A stretch of 63,717 nt of DNA, the filler included, from Nitrospirae bacterium CG2_30_53_67 (GTDB lineage: Bacteria > CG2-30-53-67): the NCBI GenBank assembly GCA_001873285.1. It is 6 parts of 6 records of this genome, joined end to end, with 100 filler letters (N's around TTAATTAATTAA, not from the genome) between each part and the next. Parts side by side here need not be neighbours in the genome. Positions count along the whole stretch, not along the records: positions 44,975 to 55,076 come from MNYV01000057.1; positions 55,177 to 63,717 come from MNYV01000108.1; 4 more parts are not named here. One strand, written 5' to 3'. The notes below the pieces were generated by a model that saw nothing but the letters and a program-made list of their open reading frames with translations, did not search any database and was not told the DNA's origin. Positions 50,451-58,744 of the stretch are shown here, piece after piece; position 1 is the first letter of the stretch, and each line of letters begins with the position of its first letter. A program made the position numbers and the translations under genes.

Positions 50451-50601
50451 GGTTCTTCTCCCATTTAGTGGGTAAAAAGGGTTCGAGGATTCCAGGGTTC
50501 AAGGATTCAAGTGAAATACTAAAACGCAAGCAAAATCTCCAGAGAAAGACACTGGAACCCTTGACCCCTGATGTTTTCATCCACTCTTTTGGAGATGATC
50601 T
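50451..50601. mobile_element. MITE-like repeat, copy D
   Basis: ggttcttctcccatttagtgggt ... ccactcttttggagatgatct. Confidence 0.82.
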
Positions 50602-50627
50602 AAAATTACAAATTCCCGTCATGACAG

Positions 50628-50660
50628 AAAAAAAGGGATCCTTTTTGAGAATCCCTTTTT
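50628..50660 (-). terminator. Terminator-like hairpin after gcvH
   Basis: aaaaagggat...atcccttttt. Confidence 0.55.
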
Positions 50661-50680
50661 GATCATTGCCAAGACATGGG

Positions 50681-51067
50681 CTATTCGCCTTCTTCTTCCA
50701 GAAACTTCTGATAGGCAGCGGCATCCATGAGAACTTTGATTTCGGATGGATCAGAGAGCTTCAACCGGACGATCCAACCGTCCCCGTAGGGGCTTTCATT
50801 GATCGTATCCGGAGAATCCTCGATATCCTCGTTGACCTCGATCACGGTCCCGCTGACGGGCGCGATCACCGAAGAGGTGGCCTTTGTGGATTCCACCTCT
50901 GCCATCTCATCACCCGCCTCAAATTCATCTTCCTCTTCAGGGACATCCACATAGACGATGTCTCCCAAGCTCTCCTGGGCAAAATCCGTGATACCGATCG
51001 TCCCCTCATCGTCCTCAACTCGTACCCAGGTATGGTCCTTCGAATATTTCAGATCCTCTGGATACAT
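50681..51067 (-). CDS. gcvH: Glycine cleavage system H protein (lipoyl carrier)
   Basis: LKYSKDHTWV, GITDFAQESLGDIVYV, VESTKA (lipoyl-Lys), PYGDGWI. Confidence 0.92.
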   Translation of the reverse strand: MYPEDLKYSKDHTWVRVEDDEGTIGITDFAQESLGDIVYVDVPEEEDEFEAGDEMAEVESTKATSSVIAPVSGTVIEVNEDIEDSPDTINESPYGDGWIVRLKLSDPSEIKVLMDAAAYQKFLEEEGE

Positions 51068-51212
51068 CCCCAGCACCTCCTTTTTAATGGTTGAGACCTC
51101 TTCCAGATCACCAACAATAAATCTGAAAACGCGCTGATCTTATACAACATGTTTTTATCTGTCAAGTGTAAAAAAACCGGAAAGTCAAAACAAAGATTTT
51201 GAGATAAAACCG

Positions 51213-51980
51213 TTAGAAAAACCAGAACCTTTTGGGTTTGGGAAGCCTTTTGGCCGGGGCCGGGTCTATGCTTTGGCAGCGAAGAACCGCTTCCGGATAG
51301 TCCTTGACCAGCCTCATGGCCCCCGTTTCTCCGATGATCTGCCCGGCCGCACGAACCGCAGGGGAAAGATCGGGCCTCCTCCAACCGGTAGAATGGGCAT
51401 CCGAGGCAATGAAATGCACGGCATCCGCCTCGATCATCCTGCAGGCAAAGCGTTCGCAATCCTTGCCGAATTCCCCGGTCAGGCTCATGGCCGTGACCTG
51501 GCACAGGGCCCCCTGGTCCAGCAGATCAAGAAGGATCTCCTCCCGTTTCAAAATCACCTGATTTCTTTCGGGATGAGTGATCACCGGCACCAAGCTGCTC
51601 CCGATCATCCTCTGGACCACCTCGTTTAGCTTCGGCGGCAGGACCATGGAGGGGAGTTCCATCAGAAAATACCGGCTGTTATTCAGGGTCAGCGCCTGGT
51701 TTGTCTGTATCATCTCCACCATGTCGGGAATTAGGTGCAAATCAGCGCCGACATAGAGGTTCAAGGGGATCCCTTCAGATTCAAGGGCCTCACGGGTCTT
51801 AACATAGGCATTCAGGATCGACTCCCTGCTGGTTGAAAAGAGACCGTTGAACATATGCGGGGTGGCAAAAACCGTTGTAATCCCATGGTCAACGGCCATG
51901 CGGCACATATCGAGGGTTTCCTGTAAATTCTCAGGTCCGTCGTCCAGTCCCGGGAGAATATGGCAGTGGATATCGATCAT
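51213..51980 (-). CDS. CpsB/CapC/YwqE-type PHP tyrosine phosphatase
   Basis: MIDIHCHILPGLDDG, ATPH, THPER, ASDAH. Confidence 0.9.
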   Translation of the reverse strand: MIDIHCHILPGLDDGPENLQETLDMCRMAVDHGITTVFATPHMFNGLFSTSRESILNAYVKTREALESEGIPLNLYVGADLHLIPDMVEMIQTNQALTLNNSRYFLMELPSMVLPPKLNEVVQRMIGSSLVPVITHPERNQVILKREEILLDLLDQGALCQVTAMSLTGEFGKDCERFACRMIEADAVHFIASDAHSTGWRRPDLSPAVRAAGQIIGETGAMRLVKDYPEAVLRCQSIDPAPAKRLPKPKRFWFF

Positions 51981-52128
51981 GAATTCAGTTGTCAGTTGTC
52001 AGTTGTCAGCAAATACAAATCTTTTATGAAACATACCTCTTCTCCAATACTTCAGTCAACCCAAGATTCCAAAATGTGATAACTGCCGAAGGCAGCAAGG
52101 ATAGAGAAAGGCGGGTCATGCGGCGCAA

Positions 52129-52293
52129 AGTGGTCCTGTTCGTAAATGTGGTGGCGTACCGAGAGGGTCGTAGGGCGGTCTCATCAAGGCGCGCGACTGA
52201 GGTGTACCCCCTGTGGTACGCCGCAAGGAGCGAAACGCAGAGGAGGCGGCCCTACGGCACTCGAATACCACCATATTTACGAATAGGGCCACT
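52129..52293. mobile_element. 165-bp element with nested inverted repeats (MITE-like)
   Basis: agtggtcctgttcgtaaatgtggtgg ... ccaccatatttacgaatagggccact; inner pair gtcgtagggc / gccctacggc. Confidence 0.7.
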
Positions 52294-52387
52294 AATGGAC
52301 GGAGTCCCGGAGCGGCAAGCATCATGCCATTTTCATTGATTCTTTTTCAATAGGTATGGTATCTTTTTTATTCTTGAAGAGAGACCT

Positions 52388-53476
52388 ATGGATATTCTGG
52401 ATATGGTTCAGAGCAAGGTGGAAGAGGATCAACGGATCAGCCCTGACGAGGCATTGGCCCTGATGGAGTCCCATGACCTCCTCAGGCTGGGGAGGATCGC
52501 CTCTATCCGGCGCCAGGCCAAAAACGGGAACCTCGCTTATTTTATCGTCAACCGCCACATCAATCACACCAATATCTGTGTGAACCGCTGCGCCTTCTGC
52601 GCCTTCAGCCGGGATGAGAAGGATCCGGATGCCTATACCATGGATCTCTCCGAGGTCATCAAAAGGGCTGAGCTGGGCGCGGCAGAGGGCGCCACGGAGT
52701 TTCATATTGTGGGGGGGCTGCACCCCCATCTCCCCTTCGATTATTACCTGGATCTCCTTTCCGCGCTCCGGCAGCGTTTCCCCCATATCCACATCCAGGC
52801 ATTCACCGCCGTGGAAATAGACTATTTCAGCCGGATCACAGGACTCCCCCTCGAAGATCTGCTAAGAGAACTCAAACAGGCCGGTCTCGGATCCCTCCCC
52901 GGAGGGGGCGCCGAAATCTTCGGCCCCAAGGTCAGGCAAATCATCTGCCCTGAGAAGATCTCAGGTGAGCGATGGCTTGAAATCATGGAAGCGGCTCACG
53001 GAGCAGGTCTCAAATCCAACGCCACCATGCTTTATGGCCATCTGGAGAATCTTAAAGACCGGGTTGATCATATGTCAAGGCTCCGGGATCTGCAGGACCG
53101 TACCGGCGGATTCCAGGCCTTTATCCCCTTGGCCTTCCACCCGGAAAACACGCGTATCCCCCAAACCGGAATGACCACGGGTCTGGACGATCTCAAAACC
53201 CTGGCGGTCAGCCGGATATTCCTGGATAATTTCGGCCACATCAAGGCCTTCTGGATCATGCTCGGAGAAAAAATCGCGCAGGTCTCGCTCCTATTCGGTG
53301 TGGACGACATAGACGGCACCGTTGTGGAAGAAAAGATCACCCATGCCGCCGGGGCCATGACCTCCGAGGTCCTCTCACGAGAGGCCCTGGTCCGGATGAT
53401 TCAAAAGGCAGGCAAGATTCCTGTGGAACGGGATACGCTTTATCACGAGATCAGACGGTATGATAATGAAAATTAG
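52388..53476 (+). CDS. mqnE: Aminofutalosine synthase (radical SAM)
   Basis: NRHINHTNICVNRCAFCAF, FHIVGGLHP, SNATMLYGH, HIKAFWIM, EEKITHAAGA. Confidence 0.9.
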   Translation: MDILDMVQSKVEEDQRISPDEALALMESHDLLRLGRIASIRRQAKNGNLAYFIVNRHINHTNICVNRCAFCAFSRDEKDPDAYTMDLSEVIKRAELGAAEGATEFHIVGGLHPHLPFDYYLDLLSALRQRFPHIHIQAFTAVEIDYFSRITGLPLEDLLRELKQAGLGSLPGGGAEIFGPKVRQIICPEKISGERWLEIMEAAHGAGLKSNATMLYGHLENLKDRVDHMSRLRDLQDRTGGFQAFIPLAFHPENTRIPQTGMTTGLDDLKTLAVSRIFLDNFGHIKAFWIMLGEKIAQVSLLFGVDDIDGTVVEEKITHAAGAMTSEVLSREALVRMIQKAGKIPVERDTLYHEIRRYDNEN

Positions 53477-53640
53477 ATTATCTCTAAAAAATGGGTGAAA
53501 ACATAAGGGGCCGAGGGTCCCAGGGTTCAAGGGTTCCAGTGTTTTTCTCTGGAGATTTTGCTTGCTTTTCAGTATTTCACTTGACCCCTTGAACCCTGGA
53601 ATCCTCGAACCCTTTTTACCCACTAAATGGGAGAAGAACC
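53475..53640. mobile_element. MITE-like repeat, copy E
   Basis: agattatctctaaaaaatgggt ... acccactaaatgggagaagaacc; overlaps the mqnE stop codon. Confidence 0.82.
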
Positions 53641-53671
53641 TTAATTTTAAATTTGCCGTAAAATTTTATCT

Positions 53672-54745
53672 ATGAACCTGAACACTACAAATGCGATAGA
53701 AGAAAAGATCCGGGAAGAAAAACGCCTTACCCAAGAGGAGGGGTTGTTTCTCCTGGAGAAGGCCGACCTTCTGACGCTTGGAGAGTGGGCGCAGCGGAGC
53801 AGGCGCCGGAAACACCCGGACCAGACCGTGACCTTCATCATAGACCGGAACATCAATTACACCAACATCTGCATCAACCGGTGCCGTTTCTGCGCTTTCT
53901 ACCGCTCCAAAGGAGACCCGGACGCCTATCTCCTCTCCCGGGAAGAGACATTCAGGAAAATCCAGGAGACCCTGAATCTGGGCGGGACCCAGATCCTGAT
54001 GCAGGGGGGGCTTCATCCGGACCTCTCCATTGAATACTTCGAAGAACTCTTCCATGAGATCAAAACGAGATACCCAATCCACATCCACGCCCTGTCTCCC
54101 CCTGAGATCGTTCATCTCTCCCGTCAGTCCGATCTCTCCATCCGGGATGTGCTGACCAGGCTGAAGGCCTCAGGACTCGATTCCATCCCCGGCGGCGGCG
54201 CGGAGATCCTCGTAGACCGCGTCCGCTCCCGGATCAGCCCCAACAAGATCTCGCAGAAGATCTGGCTCGACGTCATGAGGGAGGCGCATGGGCTCGGCAT
54301 CCCGGCTTCTGCCACCATGATGTTCGGAAGCATAGAAGAACCGGAAGATGTGATTCAGCACCTGATCCGGATCCGGGATCTGCAGGACGAGACCGGCGGT
54401 TTTACCGCCTTCATCCCGTGGAGTTATCAACCTGGGAATACCGAACTGGGGGGCGAGACCGTTACAGGGGTGGAGTATCTCAGGGTCCTCTCCATTTCCC
54501 GGCTCCTGCTGGACAATATTGACAACATTCAGGCCTCATGGGTCACACAGGGGGCCAAGATGGGGCAGGCGGCCCTGTTCTTCGGCGCCAATGACTTCGG
54601 AAGCACCATGATTGAGGAGAACGTGGTCTCGGCCACCGGGGTCTCCTACCGGATGAGCGCCGAGGAAATCATCCGGCTGATCCGGGATGCGGGATTCCAA
54701 GCGGCACAAAGGAATACGACCTATCAGATCTTAAAGAGGTTTTAA
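53672..54745 (+). CDS. mqnC: Cyclic dehypoxanthinyl futalosine synthase (radical SAM)
   Basis: DRNINYTNIC...CRFCAF, ILMQGGLHP, NIQASWVTQG, GSTMIEENVV. Confidence 0.92.
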   Translation: MNLNTTNAIEEKIREEKRLTQEEGLFLLEKADLLTLGEWAQRSRRRKHPDQTVTFIIDRNINYTNICINRCRFCAFYRSKGDPDAYLLSREETFRKIQETLNLGGTQILMQGGLHPDLSIEYFEELFHEIKTRYPIHIHALSPPEIVHLSRQSDLSIRDVLTRLKASGLDSIPGGGAEILVDRVRSRISPNKISQKIWLDVMREAHGLGIPASATMMFGSIEEPEDVIQHLIRIRDLQDETGGFTAFIPWSYQPGNTELGGETVTGVEYLRVLSISRLLLDNIDNIQASWVTQGAKMGQAALFFGANDFGSTMIEENVVSATGVSYRMSAEEIIRLIRDAGFQAAQRNTTYQILKRF

Positions 54746-54778
54746 AAAGAGGGACTTCTTTCATCTGGTGGGTAGAAA

Positions 54779-54890
54779 GGAGTCAAGGAGTCAAGGGGTC
54801 GAGGGGTCGAGGGGTCAAGGGGTCAAGGAGTCAAGGAGTCAAGGAGTCAAGGAGTCAAGGGTTCAAGGGGTCAAGGATTCCAGGGGTCAA
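54779..54890 (+). repeat. Tandem array of 14 octamers (gg[a/g]gtcaa consensus)
   Basis: Units counted directly from the sequence. Confidence 0.95.
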
Positions 54891-54895
54891 GTGAA

Positions 54896-55076
54896 GTGCT
54901 CAAACACTACAAGGAGTTAAAGGAAGGGCCCCAGTCTTATCAATTATGCTTGGAGATTTACAAATTGCGAATTGGAGACACAAGTATTACTCGCTGGAGA
55001 TCTTGGTTATATCAGGGATGAGAAGTTAAAGAGACTTAAGAGTGATATCGAGGAGGTTGAGCGGATGCTCAAGGCA
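54896..55076 (+). pseudogene. Four-helix-bundle (23S-IVS/bAvd-like) protein pseudogene with internal deletion and frameshift
   Basis: VLKHYKELK...SYQLCLEIYK joined out of frame to NCELETQVLLAGDLGYIRDEKLKRLKSDIEEVERMLKA; central SNIAEG region missing. Confidence 0.8.
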
Positions 55077-55444
55077 NNNNNNNNNNNNNNNNNNNNNNNN
55101 NNNNNNNNNNNNNNNNNNNNTTAATTAATTAANNNNNNNNNNNNNNNNNNNNNNNNNNNNNNNNNNNNNNNNNNNNGTAGGGGTTCCGCACTCCGGCAGC
55201 TTTTCATGAACAGCAGAGAAACCCACGACTCGGCGCCGGCGCCCGACAGGTCCGGCGCCGAAGGCGTGGGAGAGCATTTTTGAAAGCATGACCGGAACTT
55301 CATTTAACGCATCATCGGCGCTCCCGTCCTCCGGGGCTTCTCGAAAACCGGATCGGCATCAATTTCTGATTGACTTTGGGATTCCCGCCCATTAGGATAT
55401 CCTCATCCGTTTTAATCAACCTTTCTTGTATCGATACGTTCATT

Positions 55445-56350
55445 ATGGATGATCATCGCCTCAAAGTCTTCTGCACCGTGGCCAAAACCCTCAACTTCTC
55501 CAGGGCGGCCGAGGAAAATTTCATCACCCAGTCCGCGGTCAGCCGCATCATCAAAAACCTGGAAGAGGAATTGGGCGTACAGCTCGTCCACCGGCAGCGC
55601 TCAAGCCTGGCACTGACCGCCATCGGCAAGGAATTCTACAAACGAGCGCGGGAGATCCTGAAGATGTATGCAACGACCGTAAAGCAAGTCGATGAACTTG
55701 CGAATTCGGTCAAAGGGCTCCTTTCCGTGGGCACCAGCACGACTGTGGCCCGGTACGTCTTTCCGGATCTTCTTTTAAAATTCAAGAAGACGTATCCCGC
55801 CATCCAGGTCAACCATCTGGTCAACAATACCCGTGGAATTCTGGATGCATTGATCTCCGGGGATATCGAGGTGGGATTGGTGGAGGATCAGGTCTATTAC
55901 CCGGGCGTGCTTTCGGAAAAACTCTGCGAGGATGAACTGGTCCTGCTCGTGAACAAGAACCATCCCTGGGCAGGGCTCAAAAGGATCTCCAGGGAACAAC
56001 TCCTAAAAGAGCCTTTTATCCGGAGGGAAAAAGGATCGGGTACGCGCCACATGATGGAGAACCGTTTAGGGGAAATGGGGATCAAGCCTTCAGAATTGAA
56101 CATCGTGCTGACCTCGGCCAGCACGGATCTCATCATCCGGGCCGTGGAACAGGGGATCGGCACGGCCTGTGTCTCCAAATGGGCGGTCCGGGAGCATCTG
56201 AAAAAAGGAAAGCTTAAAACGGTAAGAATGTGCGAGGAGCCGCTCTCCAGGGATTTCCTGATCATCCGGCTCGACCAGGAATTCTACACCCATGTGGCCC
56301 AAACCTTCCTCCAGTTCCTCAAGGAGTCCCCTCTGCCTCCGAGCCCGTGA
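55445..56350 (+). CDS. LysR-family regulator (CysL/YeiE-like)
   Basis: LNFSRAAEENFITQSAVSRIIKNLE; REKGSGTR. Confidence 0.92.
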   Translation: MDDHRLKVFCTVAKTLNFSRAAEENFITQSAVSRIIKNLEEELGVQLVHRQRSSLALTAIGKEFYKRAREILKMYATTVKQVDELANSVKGLLSVGTSTTVARYVFPDLLLKFKKTYPAIQVNHLVNNTRGILDALISGDIEVGLVEDQVYYPGVLSEKLCEDELVLLVNKNHPWAGLKRISREQLLKEPFIRREKGSGTRHMMENRLGEMGIKPSELNIVLTSASTDLIIRAVEQGIGTACVSKWAVREHLKKGKLKTVRMCEEPLSRDFLIIRLDQEFYTHVAQTFLQFLKESPLPPSP

Positions 56351-56457
56351 CCCATCCTCCAGTATAAGACTTCTTATCCCCGGTTGGTTCTTCGCTCCGA
56401 TTCCGACCTTTGCTGCGACCCTTTATCCTTTTAGTCTCTTCCGTTTTTTTCATGGAT

Positions 56458-56507
56458 GGATCATCTCCAAAAGAGTGGGTGAAAACATCAGGGGTCAAGT
56501 GAAGCGC
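56458..56507. mobile_element. MITE-like repeat, truncated copy F
   Basis: ggatcatctccaaaagagtgggtgaaaacatcaggggtcaagtgaag, abutting the stop codon of the DHS-like gene. Confidence 0.75.
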
Positions 56508-57605
56508 TCATTTGAATTTTTTCGGCAGGTCCTTCTTCAGGAAAGCCATGAGTTCGTCCCTCCGGTCGTAGAGGCGTTTGTGTTTCCTCTTGGGATGTTT
56601 GGCCAGGACATAGGCCGTAAGAATCGGAAGGGCGATGGTCGTATCCACATAGGCCACCACAGAATCCGGAAGGCGCTCGGGGTCCACCTTTCCCCAGGAG
56701 ACGGCCTCGGAAGGGGTCGCACCGGAAAGACCTCCCGTATCCGGCCGGGCATCGGTCACCTGAAGGAAATAGCCGTGTCCCGAATCCTTAAGTCCGAAGA
56801 CCTCCTGGATCTGCGGCTCGGTCTGGAGCACGAAATTCTTGGGGGAGCCTCCGCCCATCAGAACCACGCCGCTTTTTAATCCGTTCTTCTTGGCATGGTA
56901 GATGATGGCGGCGGTTTCGTTTACGTCCAGAGAGAGATCGATCCTCGGACCGGCCCCCTTGATGTTCAGCGCTGCGATATTCATCCCGATGGAGGAGTCG
57001 CCCGGAGAGGAGGTATAGACCGGGACCCCGTGCTGATACGCCGCGGAAAGGAGGCTCACGGTCGGAAGCCCGAGCACCTTTTCCCGTTCGGCCACGAACT
57101 TCCCGATCCGGTAATGAAGCTCGGCTGTCCCCATCTCTTTCCGGAACTCCGGAGCGGAGAGAATCTCACGGAAAAAGCTGTCCGTCTTCAGGAGTACGTC
57201 GTAGGAAAAGAGCACATCATAGATCCGGATGACCTCTTCCTTCCTGAGCTCCCGGTCATCAAGAAACGGGGTCCCCCGGTGCAGCGTCAGCCCGATGCCG
57301 AAATGGGTGTCGTGGTAGAGGTTGGCGCCGGTGGAGACGATCCAGTCCACAAAACCGTTCTCAATCAGCGGGATGATGCATGATCGCCCCAAGCCGGCCG
57401 GGGTCAGGGCGCCCGAAAGGCTTAAGCCTACGGTCACGTCATCCTTCAGGATTTTCTCGTTCAGGAGCCGGCAGGCCTCATGAATCCTTCCGGCATTGTA
57501 GGCGAGAAAGGTCCGCTCCACGAGTTCGGCAACGGTTTCATCTCCCCGGATGCCGCCGGGCACGATCGGCTCTCCGGAAAGATAAGGATGTTTGTTCTTT
57601 GGCAT
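56508..57605 (-). CDS. Deoxyhypusine synthase-like protein (probably homospermidine/polyamine biosynthesis)
   Basis: [41 protein letters not shown]; start codon uncertain. Confidence 0.88.
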   Translation of the reverse strand: MPKNKHPYLSGEPIVPGGIRGDETVAELVERTFLAYNAGRIHEACRLLNEKILKDDVTVGLSLSGALTPAGLGRSCIIPLIENGFVDWIVSTGANLYHDTHFGIGLTLHRGTPFLDDRELRKEEVIRIYDVLFSYDVLLKTDSFFREILSAPEFRKEMGTAELHYRIGKFVAEREKVLGLPTVSLLSAAYQHGVPVYTSSPGDSSIGMNIAALNIKGAGPRIDLSLDVNETAAIIYHAKKNGLKSGVVLMGGGSPKNFVLQTEPQIQEVFGLKDSGHGYFLQVTDARPDTGGLSGATPSEAVSWGKVDPERLPDSVVAYVDTTIALPILTAYVLAKHPKRKHKRLYDRRDELMAFLKKDLPKKFK

Positions 57606-57635
57606 GATAGACATAACCTCCATTATTTTGATATA

Positions 57636-57846
57636 GGTTCTTCTCTCATTTAGTGGGTAAAAAGGGTTCAAGTGAAGTACTTAAACGCAAACAAAAGCTC
57701 CGGAGAAAAACACTAAAACCCTTGACCGCTGATGTTTTTAGCACTTCACCCCGTTAGAGGATAACCTCTAACGGGGTTCACTCGACCCCTTGACTCCTTG
57801 GCCCCTTGACCCCTTATGTTTTCACCCACTCTTTTGGAGATGATCC
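57636..57846. mobile_element. MITE-like repeat, copy G, carrying the palindrome accccgttagagg..cctctaacggggt
   Basis: ggttcttctctcatttagtgggt ... acccactcttttggagatgatcc. Confidence 0.8.
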
Positions 57847-57901
57847 TTAACTTATATCGCCATCCAGCTTTCTTGCGGGTGAATCAAAATCCTTTGATCT
57901 T

Positions 57902-58207
57902 TCAATCTCCGGCCTCTTCGCTGACAATCTTCCCTTTAAAGATCTTCTTGGCATTGTGGATCTTCTGCAGATTCTCCTCATAGTGCGGTTTAAGGGCATC
58001 CCTGATCTTCATGAGTTCGGCGATTTCTTCCGGCAAGTAAGCCACACCGTCCACCTTGTCCTCCATGGACGGGTGGGAGATCAGATAAATTTCAGCGCCG
58101 AGAACCCGGCTGAATATTTTCACGGCAAGCCGTTGTTCACGGAACTGTTCTTCGGTCAGCGATAAGAGCGCTTTGATCTGTTCAGGGCTGGGTTCATAGA
58201 CGGTCAT
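57902..58207 (-). CDS. Hypothetical protein
   Basis: ~100-aa ORF overlapping the lptE stop, with protein-like composition. Confidence 0.65.
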   Translation of the reverse strand: MTVYEPSPEQIKALLSLTEEQFREQRLAVKIFSRVLGAEIYLISHPSMEDKVDGVAYLPEEIAELMKIRDALKPHYEENLQKIHNAKKIFKGKIVSEEAGD

Positions 58208-58733
58208 TTCCAAGTCCTGTGTTCACTGCATCCAGCATGTGCCTGACTTCATCTTCTGCAAAGTCCAGGACGCCGCTCTGCAATGCCTCGGCCTCGGCCT
58301 GCTCATTCTGTTCCAGGATACCGGATGCAAAATACTCCTCCCTGAGCTGTGCCGCAGGATTCTGATAGAGAATCTTCCCTGCCCTGTCCTTGAGAACCAG
58401 GTTGATGTCCACCGAAAGGCGGTACTCGCTCACGGTTCCGGCTGCCGATCTCGCCACCGAGGTGTTTGAATAACCCGAAATACGCCCGGTCAGGATCTTG
58501 CCGGCCCGGTCCTCGTTCACGATCATGACCCCCGCCCGGTTGAATTCCCGGATCAGGGCGCCGGTAATCAACGCCTGGATGTTGGGCTCTGAAGATTCAT
58601 TCACGAATATCGGAACAGCCACGGTTCCAAACGAAGCCGGGGCCTTGGGCCCAGCCCCCAGGTGATACCCGCATGCCGTCATGACCAAGGCACAAGAGAA
58701 GATCAGAATCCTCTTGAATATATTCATCTTCAT
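58194..58733 (-). CDS. lptE: LptE-family lipoprotein
   Basis: Lipobox MTACGY; VPIFVNES; conserved position after leuS. Confidence 0.8.
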   Translation of the reverse strand: MKMNIFKRILIFSCALVMTACGYHLGAGPKAPASFGTVAVPIFVNESSEPNIQALITGALIREFNRAGVMIVNEDRAGKILTGRISGYSNTSVARSAAGTVSEYRLSVDINLVLKDRAGKILYQNPAAQLREEYFASGILEQNEQAEAEALQSGVLDFAEDEVRHMLDAVNTGLGNDRL

Positions 58734-58744
58734 CCCGCCCCTCC

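Noticed and set aside
54779..54890. Regular array as a possible CRISPR
   Set aside because: Contiguous 8-bp units with no spacers, and no cas genes in the window
54896..55076. Avd-like gene as a sign of a diversity-generating retroelement
   Set aside because: No reverse transcriptase or TR/VR pair visible, and the gene is broken
55177..55303. Partial minus-strand ORF divergent from LysR
   Set aside because: Too short at the contig edge to support a call
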